NCBI GenBank assembly: GCA_033762295.1
Contig: JANRLW010000073.1
Coordinates: forward strand, 1 to 63,694
DNA from: Capsulimonadales bacterium
Lineage (GTDB): Bacteria > Armatimonadota > Armatimonadia > Armatimonadales > Armatimonadaceae
DNA: 63,694 nt
Direction of reading: 5' to 3'
Positions 38,372-47,386 of this stretch are shown in pieces; the first letter of the stretch is position 1, and each line of letters starts with the position of its first letter. Below the pieces are notes generated by a model. It made no database searches, was not told the origin of the DNA, and worked only from the letters and a program-made list of their open reading frames with translations. Made by a program: the position numbers and the translations under genes.

Positions 38372-39814
38372 ATGGCGAAAACAACAACCCGGTTTGTCTG
38401 TCAGGAATGCGGCGCGGCCAGTCCGAAATGGATGGGGAAATGCCCCGAATGCGGCGCCTGGAACTGCATGACCGAGGAGATCGTCCGCCCGGCGCCCACC
38501 AGTCTGGCGGCGGCCATCAAGCGTAGCGCGGATCTCCCGACCGGCGCGCCCGCCGCCTCGAACGCCGTCTCCTTCATGGGCGCGGCCCAGAGCCGACCCC
38601 GACCGATCACCGAGGTCTCTCCGCTCGCCGAACAGCGCACCCCCACCCATATCAGCGAGTTCGACCGCGTTCTCGGCGGGGGCGTCGTTCCCGGTTCCCT
38701 GGTATTGATCGGCGGCGATCCGGGCGTCGGAAAGTCGACTCTCCTCACACAGGTCGCCGGTAACATGGCGCGGGAAAACGGTCCCACTCTGTATATTTCC
38801 GGGGAGGAGAGCGCGGAGCAGATCAAAATGCGCGCGGCGCGCCTCGGGTCCGAACATGAAAACCTGCTGCTCGCCTCCGAAACCGATGTCGCCCAGATCG
38901 CGAACTATGTCCGACAACTGCGTCCGCACTACCTGATCGTCGATTCCATACAGACGATGCAGGTGCCGGAGATCGATTCCGCGCCCGGAACCGTCTCCCA
39001 GGTACGCGCCTCCTGCGCCGCCCTCGCCGCCCTCGCCAAAGGGCTCAAGACCCCCATCTTCCTGGTCGGCCATGTCACCAAGGACGGCGCGATCGCCGGG
39101 CCGCGCGTCCTCGAACATATGGTCGATACCGTCCTGTACTTCGAGGGCGATCGCCATCTGGCCTACCGGCTCCTGCGCGCCGTCAAAAATCGGTTCGGTT
39201 CCACCGACGAACTCGGCATCTTCGCCATGCGCGAGGAGGGCCTGATCAGCGTCGATAACCCGTCCGAGGTATTCCTGGCCGAACGAGCGGCGCATGGTCC
39301 CGGTTCGACCGTCACGGCGACCGTCGAGGGCAGCCGTCCGTTGCTCGTTGAAATCCAGGCCCTGGTCGCCCCGGCGTTCGCCGGAGCCGCCCGTCGCACC
39401 ACCAACGGCGTCGATCGCGACCGGGTTGCCATGATTCTGGCGGTTCTGGAGAAGCGCATCGGACTGCGCCTTTCCGATAAGGACGTCTACGTCAATGTCG
39501 TCGGCGGCGTCGAGATCGACGAACCCGCGGCCGACCTTGCCATCGCGCTGGCCGTCGCCTCGTCGCTCACCGATCTGCCGGTCGAACCGGGCGCGGTCTT
39601 CCTCGGAGAGATCGGGCTTTCCGGCGAGGTACGCGGATGCTCGCAGATGGAAAAGCGACTGAAAGAGGCCGCCCGACTCGGATTCACCTCCGCGATCCTG
39701 CCCGAAAAAAACGTTGGCCGCGATACCAGAAACGTCGGCCTGACGACGCGCGGCGTCGACACGCTGAAAGCGGCGTTTCAGGCCGCCTTACGTCCCGACG
39801 GCAACGCCGCCTGA
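38372..39814 (+). CDS. radA: DNA repair protein RadA/Sms
   Basis: C4 zinc finger, GGDPGVGKS, KNRFG motif, Lon-like C-terminus. Confidence 0.97.
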   Translation: MAKTTTRFVCQECGAASPKWMGKCPECGAWNCMTEEIVRPAPTSLAAAIKRSADLPTGAPAASNAVSFMGAAQSRPRPITEVSPLAEQRTPTHISEFDRVLGGGVVPGSLVLIGGDPGVGKSTLLTQVAGNMARENGPTLYISGEESAEQIKMRAARLGSEHENLLLASETDVAQIANYVRQLRPHYLIVDSIQTMQVPEIDSAPGTVSQVRASCAALAALAKGLKTPIFLVGHVTKDGAIAGPRVLEHMVDTVLYFEGDRHLAYRLLRAVKNRFGSTDELGIFAMREEGLISVDNPSEVFLAERAAHGPGSTVTATVEGSRPLLVEIQALVAPAFAGAARRTTNGVDRDRVAMILAVLEKRIGLRLSDKDVYVNVVGGVEIDEPAADLAIALAVASSLTDLPVEPGAVFLGEIGLSGEVRGCSQMEKRLKEAARLGFTSAILPEKNVGRDTRNVGLTTRGVDTLKAAFQAALRPDGNAA

Positions 39815-39942
39815 CCCGTTCCGAATGGACCTGACCCGTTCCGGATTTCACCGACGTTCCCGAAGCGTCCGGGGTCCGGAAACCGGCACGGATTGCCGAT
39901 GAATCGGTGACCCGAATCCGTCCTTGAACGAACCGGCACAAG

Positions 39943-40000
39943 GGAACCGAAAGGTTTCTACGGAACGTTTTTAGGGAACGATAAACGGGTCACAGCCGTT
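39943..40000 (+). promoter_or_regulatory. tandem ECF-sigma-like promoter motifs upstream of galE
   Basis: GGAAC-N18-CGTT (39943-39969) and GGAAC-N17-CGTT (39975-40000). Confidence 0.4.
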
Positions 40001-40055
40001 TCGGGAACGCTTCGTTTTCACGCTCCCCATCTCCGGAACTGAAGGAACACTCACT

Positions 40056-41048
40056 ATGTCGATACTGGTTGTCGGTGGCGCCGGATACATCGGTTCGCAC
40101 ACCGCGGATCTGCTTTTGAAACGAGGGTACGAGGTCGTCATCTACGACTCGCTGGAACTGGGACACCGGAACGCGGTCGAGATCGTCGGAGCGCCGTTCG
40201 TCCATGGAGACTACGGTGACCTGAACGCCGTCAGCCGGGCGATTCGCACCTATAATGTCGACGCGGTCATGCACTTCGGCGCGTACGCGTCCGTCGGCGA
40301 TTCCGTCCGCGACCCGGCCAAATACTACGAAAGCAACATCGGGCGCGGCGTCACCCTCCTGCGAGCGATTCTCGACCACGGCATCCGCCACTTCATCTTC
40401 TCCTCGTCCGCCGCCACCTACGGAGAGCCGTCGATCGTCCCCATCCCCGAAGACCATCCGCAAAAAACCACCAACCCCTACGGCGAGACCAAACTGATGT
40501 TCGAACGCATTCTGCGCGACTACGATCACGCGTTCGGCCTCAAATCCGTCAGCCTGCGCTACTTCAACGCGGCGGGCGCGGACGCGGACGGACGCCTGGG
40601 TGAGGACCATACCCCCGAACAGCACATCATTCCTCTGGTCATCGATTCCGCCCTCGGACGCCGTCCCGACGTCAAAATCTTCGGCACCGACTGGGACACC
40701 CGTGACGGCTCCTGCCTCCGGGATTTCGTGCATGTCACCGACCTGGCGGACGCCCACATCCGGGCGCTCGAATACCTGCGCAACGGCGGGACGACCACCG
40801 CCTACAACCTGGGCAACTCCTACGGCACCACCGTCCTCGAAGTGGTCGAAGCCGTCGCAAAGGTCACCGGGCTGAAAGTGAACGCCACGCCCGCCCCACG
40901 ACGCCCCGGCGACCCCGGACGGCTTGTCGCTTCCTGCGACCGTATCAAGGCCGAACTGGGCTGGAACCCGATCTATCCCGATATCGAAACGATCATCCTG
41001 CACGCCTTTACCTGGCGCAAGGATCACCCGAACGGCTACCGCAGCTAA
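40056..41048 (+). CDS. galE: UDP-glucose 4-epimerase
   Basis: GGAGYIGSH, FSSSAATYG, PYGETK, LRYFNAAGA, RDFVHV. Confidence 0.96.
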   Translation: MSILVVGGAGYIGSHTADLLLKRGYEVVIYDSLELGHRNAVEIVGAPFVHGDYGDLNAVSRAIRTYNVDAVMHFGAYASVGDSVRDPAKYYESNIGRGVTLLRAILDHGIRHFIFSSSAATYGEPSIVPIPEDHPQKTTNPYGETKLMFERILRDYDHAFGLKSVSLRYFNAAGADADGRLGEDHTPEQHIIPLVIDSALGRRPDVKIFGTDWDTRDGSCLRDFVHVTDLADAHIRALEYLRNGGTTTAYNLGNSYGTTVLEVVEAVAKVTGLKVNATPAPRRPGDPGRLVASCDRIKAELGWNPIYPDIETIILHAFTWRKDHPNGYRS

Positions 41049-41074
41049 CTGCGGCACCCGCTCGGGACAGACCC

Positions 41075-42373
41075 TTAGCGCGCGCCCGGCGCTACGAAAT
41101 TCTGCGAGGCGTCGTCCAGAACCAGCACCCAGTCCGGTCCCGTCGACGGCGGCGTGAACTTGCCCGTTCCCGCCCGATCGATCTGCCCGCGAAACTCCGC
41201 GCCGCCGGTGCGGGGATCGTACCAGAAGACGTTGATCCGGCTGCCGTGCAGCGGCGTCAGGTCGATCTCCGCCTCCCGCGCGGACGGGAAATAGACCAAC
41301 GCATAGCGACCGTCGATATCGCGGGTCGCTCGGACATGGTGCGTCCCCGCGCCCGGATCGGAGACGATCAGCTTCTGATCCGGGATACGGGAGAGATACG
41401 GGCGGGATTCGAGCAGGGCGCGGGCATGTCGCATCTGTCCTGAGCCCGGCAGCGCCACCGCCTCGAACCAGGGGCGTCGGCAGAACGAATACGGCTCCCG
41501 GTCACGCGTCCACATCTGCCAGATCGGGTGACAGCCGTACGTATGCCCGCACGCCCCGGCGAAGGTCGCCCAGTAAATGGCTTTCCGGTTGTCGTACTCT
41601 TCCAGATACCCGTTGTTCAGGTCGAACCCCGCCGGATGATCCTCATACCCCGGTTCGCCGTCCAGTACCGGCTTGACCGGCGTCCGCGCATAATCCTCCG
41701 CGATCTGTCCGTAGTTGGCGCTGTTTCTCCCATGCCCGGACTGCCACATGTTGAAGTCGAGCCAGTCCGCGTCATGAAACAGATTCGCCGACCCCGAACC
41801 GCCGACCGGGTGAAACGTCCGAAGATGCGTCCCGCCATCCCCGGCGCTCACCCCCTCGGCCATCGCCGTCACGATCGCTCGATGCTGGTCATCCTTCACC
41901 GGGCGGTCGCCGCCGAGAACCCAGATCAAATCGGCGTCCCGGTAGCGTTTGCCAAGGAACTCACCGTAGATGCGGGCATTGTCGGGGGTGAAAACCTCCG
42001 GTCCCTTGCCCCACTGTTTGTTCCATTTATCGCCCCAGGTCGGAAGCATCGCGAGAACCAGACCCAGCCGGTTCGCGATCTCGACAATGGCATCGACATG
42101 CCGGAAGTACGCCTCGTTGGGACGCGTCGGGTCCTGGTCGATGAGCGGAACGTCGCCATTGGAATTGGGTTCGTTCAGTCCGTCGCTCTCGGCCAGCACC
42201 ACCGCCTGGATGGCGGTGAACCGCTTGGCCGCCCGGTCACGCAGATACCACTCCGCCTCGCCGCGCGTACAGCGGTGGAACAGTTCCCAGGCGGTATCGG
42301 CCAGATAGAAGAAAGGGGTGCCGTCTTCGCGCACCAGAAATCGTCGATTCTCGCTCAGTCGGATACGTTGCAT
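41075..42373 (-). CDS. GH140/DUF4038 apiosidase-like glycoside hydrolase
   Basis: PFFYLADTAWELF, LPTWGDKW, WVLGGDRP, WQSGH, DGEPGYED, GHTYG, WYDPRTG. Confidence 0.9.
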   Translation of the reverse strand: MQRIRLSENRRFLVREDGTPFFYLADTAWELFHRCTRGEAEWYLRDRAAKRFTAIQAVVLAESDGLNEPNSNGDVPLIDQDPTRPNEAYFRHVDAIVEIANRLGLVLAMLPTWGDKWNKQWGKGPEVFTPDNARIYGEFLGKRYRDADLIWVLGGDRPVKDDQHRAIVTAMAEGVSAGDGGTHLRTFHPVGGSGSANLFHDADWLDFNMWQSGHGRNSANYGQIAEDYARTPVKPVLDGEPGYEDHPAGFDLNNGYLEEYDNRKAIYWATFAGACGHTYGCHPIWQMWTRDREPYSFCRRPWFEAVALPGSGQMRHARALLESRPYLSRIPDQKLIVSDPGAGTHHVRATRDIDGRYALVYFPSAREAEIDLTPLHGSRINVFWYDPRTGGAEFRGQIDRAGTGKFTPPSTGPDWVLVLDDASQNFVAPGAR

Positions 42374-42496
42374 GATGGTTCGCTCCTCCGCTCCTCCGTC
42401 AATGAGAGACTGCCGCTCCACGGTTCGCCGCGCCGCGCCCCGATTTCCTCCCCGCAAGCCGTGGGAACACGATAGAATGCAACAAGGAGCGTCAGG

Positions 42497-43057
42497 ATGA
42501 CGAAGGGAACCGGGGTGCGGGATCGAGTGCGTCTGGTACGGGGGAATATCGCGGCGTTGCCGCTGGAGGCGATCGTCACCGCCGCCAACAGCGCGCTGAT
42601 GGGCGGCGGTGGCGTGGACGGCGCGGTGCATCGGGCCGCCGGACCGGAACTGCAGGCGGCGCTACATGCCTACGACGGCTGTCCGGAAGGGGATGCCGTA
42701 CGTACGCCCGGATTTCACCTGCCCGCGAAATGGGTGATTCACGCCGTGGGACCGATCTACGTCAACGGGTCCTTCGGTGAGGCCGAAATCCTGGAATCGG
42801 CGTACCGCCGATCCCTCGCCGTGGCGGAGGAGGCGCACGTGCGCACGATCGCGTTCCCCTGTATCGGGACCGGAGCGTTCCGCTATCCACGACCCGAAGC
42901 GGCCCGAATCGCCATCGATACCGTCACCGCCTGGCTGACCGAGCATCCGCTGCCGGAAACGGTCTGGTTCTGCGTCTTCGACCCGGAGGATGTCGTACTC
43001 TACGGGACACTCCTGGAAATGACTCCGGTCAGCGTCGAGTCCGTGTCGAGTCCGTGA
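42497..43057 (+). CDS. ymdB: macrodomain O-acetyl-ADP-ribose deacetylase (YmdB-like)
   Basis: AANSALMGGGGVDGAVHRAAG, VIHAVGP, AFPCIGTGAFRYP. Confidence 0.88.
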   Translation: MTKGTGVRDRVRLVRGNIAALPLEAIVTAANSALMGGGGVDGAVHRAAGPELQAALHAYDGCPEGDAVRTPGFHLPAKWVIHAVGPIYVNGSFGEAEILESAYRRSLAVAEEAHVRTIAFPCIGTGAFRYPRPEAARIAIDTVTAWLTEHPLPETVWFCVFDPEDVVLYGTLLEMTPVSVESVSSP

Positions 43058-43242
43058 CGCCGTCCGTTCGGGGCCGGTTCCGCCGAACGATTTCCCGAAC
43101 GATCCCCCCGCTGACATCCGACGCGGATTTGAGTTATACTGCAGGACAAGAGACCGTACACTGGACAACATTGTCGCATTATTCGCGGCGTTTCCGTTCC
43201 GCCCGGTTCGGATCGCGCCACTGTAAGCAAGGAAACGCAAGC

Positions 43243-43710
43243 ATGCCCGGAAAGACCGATTCGGAAGAGTACGAAATCCCCCCGGACGTCGAGGAAGCCC
43301 TCCTGCGTCAGGATGAAGCGCTGGCGCTGCTGGAACGCCTGCGGGCCGAGGAGCCGGTCGCCCGGAAGAAGTCTCAGGTCGGCGGCGGACGGCGCGACTT
43401 CCGCCGATGGCCGACCCCGCCCGGCGTGACCGTCGAGTTTCATAACGGCGAACGCTGGCACGCCATGGACTGCCTGGACATGGGGACGGGCGGCGCGCGC
43501 CTGGGACAGTTGCCGGACTGGGTCCGGGGACCGGTTCCCGCACGCCTCAAAGCGCCCGGTCTCGTCTCCGTCATCACCCTGGCGGACGTCATGTGGCGAG
43601 ACCGCGAAGGCAAGGCGGGTCTGCGCTTCGAATTCCTGGACGACGAGGAACGCGAACTCTGGGCCGCCGCCCTTATCGATGCGCTGCTCGCCGGACACGC
43701 CCTCAACTAA
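43243..43710 (+). CDS. PilZ domain protein
   Basis: RRDFRR (RxxxR) and DMGTGG (variant DxSxxG); VMWR...GLRFEF. Confidence 0.8.
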   Translation: MPGKTDSEEYEIPPDVEEALLRQDEALALLERLRAEEPVARKKSQVGGGRRDFRRWPTPPGVTVEFHNGERWHAMDCLDMGTGGARLGQLPDWVRGPVPARLKAPGLVSVITLADVMWRDREGKAGLRFEFLDDEERELWAAALIDALLAGHALN

Positions 43711-43738
43711 CTCCGTCCGCAGAGAGAAATCAACCGTC

Positions 43739-44779
43739 ATGACGAAAATTGGCCTGATCGGCTGCGGCGCGGTGGCGGATTTCGGTCACCTGCCCGCCAT
43801 CGCCGAAACCCCCGGATTGGAACTGGTGGCGGTCGTCGACCCGAACCCCGAAGCCGCGCGCCGCGCCGCCGAACGGTTTCCCCATACCGTCGCCTGCACC
43901 GACAGCGAGACCTTTTTTGCCGTCGGGCGCGACCGCGGCATGCAGGCGGTCACCATCGCCTCACCCGCCCCCGCTCACCTGACCAATGTTCGTGATGCCG
44001 CCGCCTACGGACTGCACATCCTCTGCGAAAAGCCGCTCGGAACCGATGAAGCCCAGATTCGCGAGATGATCGATCTGACCGACCGGGCCGGTGTCCGGCT
44101 CGCCACCGCTCTCTGCTATCGCTACAGTCCGGTCGCGCAACGCATCCGAGAGCTGGTCGAACATCGAGCCATCGGCGATATTCGTGTCCTGCGCCTGATC
44201 TACCTGTGGAACCTGCACGGCAAGTATTTCTTCGATAAGGAGGGAGGCCGATTCGAGTCCCCGCTTCGTATCGGACGGATGCGTGAGGGAGGCCCGATGA
44301 CCGACTGCGGCGTCCATCAGATCGATCTGGCCTGCTGGTGGCTGCAATCCGATGTCGAACGGCAACAGGCGGTCGCCGCCTGGGTCGACAACGATTACGA
44401 AGCGCCGGATCATGTCTGGCTGCATCTCGATCATCGCTGCGGCGCCCATTCGCATATCGAAATGGCGTTCTCCTATACGCATACCGCCGCGGAACCGGTC
44501 AGTCTCTTCACCTATGAACTGATCGGAACCGAGGGGCTGATCAAATACGACCGGGATGGCTGGCGATTCTCCGTTCGCCACGGATTCGGAACCGATCACC
44601 TGCCCGGCGCGAGCGAAAAGAATTTTCATGGGATGTATGCCGCCTGGCGGGATGCCCTGACCACCGGGGACTTCCGTCACCTGCCCTCCGCCGAGGACGG
44701 CCTGCGCATCACCCGAATCGCGGAGGAAGCGGTCCGGTCGGCCATAACGGATCGCGCGCAACGACGGAATCTTTCGTAG
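43739..44779 (+). CDS. Gfo/Idh/MocA family oxidoreductase
   Basis: IGCGAVA, HILCEKP, GGPMTDCGVHQID. Confidence 0.92.
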   Translation: MTKIGLIGCGAVADFGHLPAIAETPGLELVAVVDPNPEAARRAAERFPHTVACTDSETFFAVGRDRGMQAVTIASPAPAHLTNVRDAAAYGLHILCEKPLGTDEAQIREMIDLTDRAGVRLATALCYRYSPVAQRIRELVEHRAIGDIRVLRLIYLWNLHGKYFFDKEGGRFESPLRIGRMREGGPMTDCGVHQIDLACWWLQSDVERQQAVAAWVDNDYEAPDHVWLHLDHRCGAHSHIEMAFSYTHTAAEPVSLFTYELIGTEGLIKYDRDGWRFSVRHGFGTDHLPGASEKNFHGMYAAWRDALTTGDFRHLPSAEDGLRITRIAEEAVRSAITDRAQRRNLS

Positions 44780-44811
44780 GCCGCATCCGGCAGACCGGTA
44801 AAAGGAGTTCT

Positions 44812-45654
44812 ATGTACGTCAATTCCGGGATTACCCGTAACAATCCGTCCTGCTTCCTCTTTATCATCGACCAGTCGGCCTCCATGGGCCAGCAGTTCGG
44901 CGACCGCCACGAGCCGCACACCAAAGCCGAGGGCGTCTCCGACGCATTGAACAATCTCCTGCGCAACCTCATCATCACCTGCTCCAAGAGCGACGGAATC
45001 CGCAACTACTTCGACGTCGGCGTGATCGGTTACGGCGAGACCGCCGGCCCCGCCTGGAGCGGCCCCCTCTTCGGACGGGAACTGGTGCCGATCCGCGACG
45101 TCGCCCAGTTCTATACCCGGACCGTCGAACGGCAGGAGACGGTCAAGGACCCGTTCGGCGGCGAGTCCGCGCAGACGGTCAAAATCCCCGTCTGGGTGGA
45201 AGCGAAAGCCAGGGGCAGTACGCCCATGTGCCAGGCGCTCGCCCTCTCCTATGAGGTGCTCAAAGTCTGGCTCCTGCGCAATCAGACCTGCCATCCCCCG
45301 GTCGTCGTTCACATCACCGACGGCGAGGCGACCGATGGGAACCCGGCTCCGCTGATGGCGGCCCTCACCGAACTGCGATCGGTCAACGGCCCGGTTACCC
45401 TGTTCAACGTCCATCTGTCCAGCCGACGGGAAGCGACCCCCACGTCCTTTCCCGACTCCCCGGAAGGACTGCCCGACGCCTATGCCCGTACGCTGTTCGA
45501 ACGGTCGAGTTATCTGACCCCCTATATGCGGACCGTCGCCTGGGACCATGGCGTTCCGCTCACCGAGGCGTCCCGCGCTTTCGTTCTTAACGCCGATCCG
45601 ACCCTGCTGGTGCTGGCCCTGGAGATCGGAACGCGCGCCGGTCACGTCCGGTAA
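44812..45654 (+). CDS. vWA domain protein (TerY-like)
   Basis: MIDAS DQSASM (DxSxS), GSTPMCQAL, ITDGE. Confidence 0.88.
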   Translation: MYVNSGITRNNPSCFLFIIDQSASMGQQFGDRHEPHTKAEGVSDALNNLLRNLIITCSKSDGIRNYFDVGVIGYGETAGPAWSGPLFGRELVPIRDVAQFYTRTVERQETVKDPFGGESAQTVKIPVWVEAKARGSTPMCQALALSYEVLKVWLLRNQTCHPPVVVHITDGEATDGNPAPLMAALTELRSVNGPVTLFNVHLSSRREATPTSFPDSPEGLPDAYARTLFERSSYLTPYMRTVAWDHGVPLTEASRAFVLNADPTLLVLALEIGTRAGHVR

Positions 45655-45678
45655 CGCCGAAGGGACGGTTCCATCGAG

Positions 45679-46422
45679 ATGCGCGAGGTGTTCTTTGCCG
45701 GTTCCCTTCCCCGGACGGACCATGAGGCAGACTCCTGCGAGGATCGCCATGCCGTGCGCCGGACTCCGTCCGGCCTACTGCGGGCGGCCATCGCCGATGG
45801 CGCGAGCAGTACCCTGTTCTCCGGACTGTGGGCCGAACTGCTGACCGCCACCTTCATCGAGGATGAGGCGAGCGAGCCGACGCTGCCGGACCTGACCGGA
45901 ATCCGACGAACCTGGTACGACACCGTGACCCGACAGCCCCTTCCCTGGCATCTTCAGGCCAAACTCGGACAGGGAGCGGCGGCGGCGTTCCTCGGACTGA
46001 CCGTCACCGACCGGGGGCGATGGAGCGCCCTCTCCGTCGGGGACTGCGGGCTGTTTCACCTGCGAGAGGATCGCTGTATCACGGCGTTCCCCGAAGAGGA
46101 CCCGGACAATATGCCCGCACTGCCTTCCCTCCTGCGAACGCACGCGGGGGAGTCGGACTACCTGCATACGATCGCTCGAACCCAAACGGGCGACGTCATC
46201 GCCGGCGACCGCTTCCTCCTGATGACCGATGCCCTGGCGGCCTGGTTTCTCCGCGAATGGCGTCGCGAACACGCCCCGTGGAAATGGCTCGAGGATATCC
46301 GCCACCCCTCGGTGTTCCGTCACCGCATCACACAGCTCAGGCGTATGGGCCGTCTCGTCGAGGACGATATCACCCTGATTCACCTTCGTATTCCGCCGAC
46401 ACCGACCGAAGCGGCACCGTAG
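45679..46422 (+). CDS. PP2C-like protein phosphatase
   Basis: CED, IADGAS, VGDCGL, MTDAL, EDDITL. Confidence 0.87.
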   Translation: MREVFFAGSLPRTDHEADSCEDRHAVRRTPSGLLRAAIADGASSTLFSGLWAELLTATFIEDEASEPTLPDLTGIRRTWYDTVTRQPLPWHLQAKLGQGAAAAFLGLTVTDRGRWSALSVGDCGLFHLREDRCITAFPEEDPDNMPALPSLLRTHAGESDYLHTIARTQTGDVIAGDRFLLMTDALAAWFLREWRREHAPWKWLEDIRHPSVFRHRITQLRRMGRLVEDDITLIHLRIPPTPTEAAP

Positions 46423-46434
46423 AAACAAAGGATC

Positions 46435-47379
46435 ATGCCACCGTCGCCCGATAGCCCTCGCTCCGATCCGCCGGCCCGTCGTCTCTGGCCGACCCAGATT
46501 CGTTACCAGGAACGGATCGAATACCCCGAACGGTGTTTCGCGGACCCGGAACTCCGCGCCGCGCGTGTGGCCGACCGCACCCCCTTCGATATGCCGCTGC
46601 CGATCACCGGACAGTTTACCAACGTTTACCGGATGATCGGCGCGGACGGTCGAGCGATGGCCGTCCGGCTCTTTCTTCGGGACGACCCCCACCGCACCCG
46701 ACACTGGCAGGCTCTGACCGCCCATTTCCGCTCCCTGGAAACTCTTCCGCCCTACCTGACCGTTCCCGATTATCAGGAGGACGGCTTCGTGATCGGCGAG
46801 GACCGATTCCCGCTGGTCAAACTGGACTGGCTGCCCGGAATCTCGCTCAATACCTATGTGGAAAAACGGCTGTACGACAGTCAGGCGCTACGTCGACTCG
46901 CCGCCGACTGGAAGTCCATGATGCTCGACCTGGAAAACGCCCGGTTCGTCCACGGTGACCTGCAGCATGGGAACGTGCTCGCCGAGGAGGAAACCGGCAA
47001 ACTGCGGCTGATCGATTACGACGCGTCCTACGTTCCCGCCCTGGCGCGGACACCGAACCGGGAAACCGGGCACCCGTCGTATCAGCATCCCCGTCGCTCG
47101 CCCTCGGACTACGGTCCGTTCGCCGACCGCTTCTCCTCGCTGGTCATCCTCACCGCCATCCGAACGCTGGCCGTCGCGCCGCAACTCTGGTATCGGCTCG
47201 ACAACGGCGAGAACCTGCTGTTTCAAAAGGAGGACTTCACCGATCCGAACGGGAGTCGAGCGTTCGCGCTGATCGCGGAGACGATGAGAAACCACCCGGA
47301 GGAGCGGCATCTGGCGACCCTGTTGCGTAACGCCTGTCCGGGCTTACCTTCGGACGCCCCGCCGCCGGATCGCTACTGA
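46435..47379 (+). CDS. Ser/Thr protein kinase-like protein
   Basis: TGQFTNVY, AVRLF, HGDLQHGNVL, LIDYD, GHPSYQHP. Confidence 0.87.
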   Translation: MPPSPDSPRSDPPARRLWPTQIRYQERIEYPERCFADPELRAARVADRTPFDMPLPITGQFTNVYRMIGADGRAMAVRLFLRDDPHRTRHWQALTAHFRSLETLPPYLTVPDYQEDGFVIGEDRFPLVKLDWLPGISLNTYVEKRLYDSQALRRLAADWKSMMLDLENARFVHGDLQHGNVLAEEETGKLRLIDYDASYVPALARTPNRETGHPSYQHPRRSPSDYGPFADRFSSLVILTAIRTLAVAPQLWYRLDNGENLLFQKEDFTDPNGSRAFALIAETMRNHPEERHLATLLRNACPGLPSDAPPPDRY

Positions 47380-47386
47380 ATCGGCA

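Noticed and set aside
42497..43057. Macrodomain gene as a second DarG or part of DarTG
   Set aside because: Motifs are of the housekeeping YmdB/MacroD type, it lacks the DarG C-terminal domain, and it lies 13 kb away
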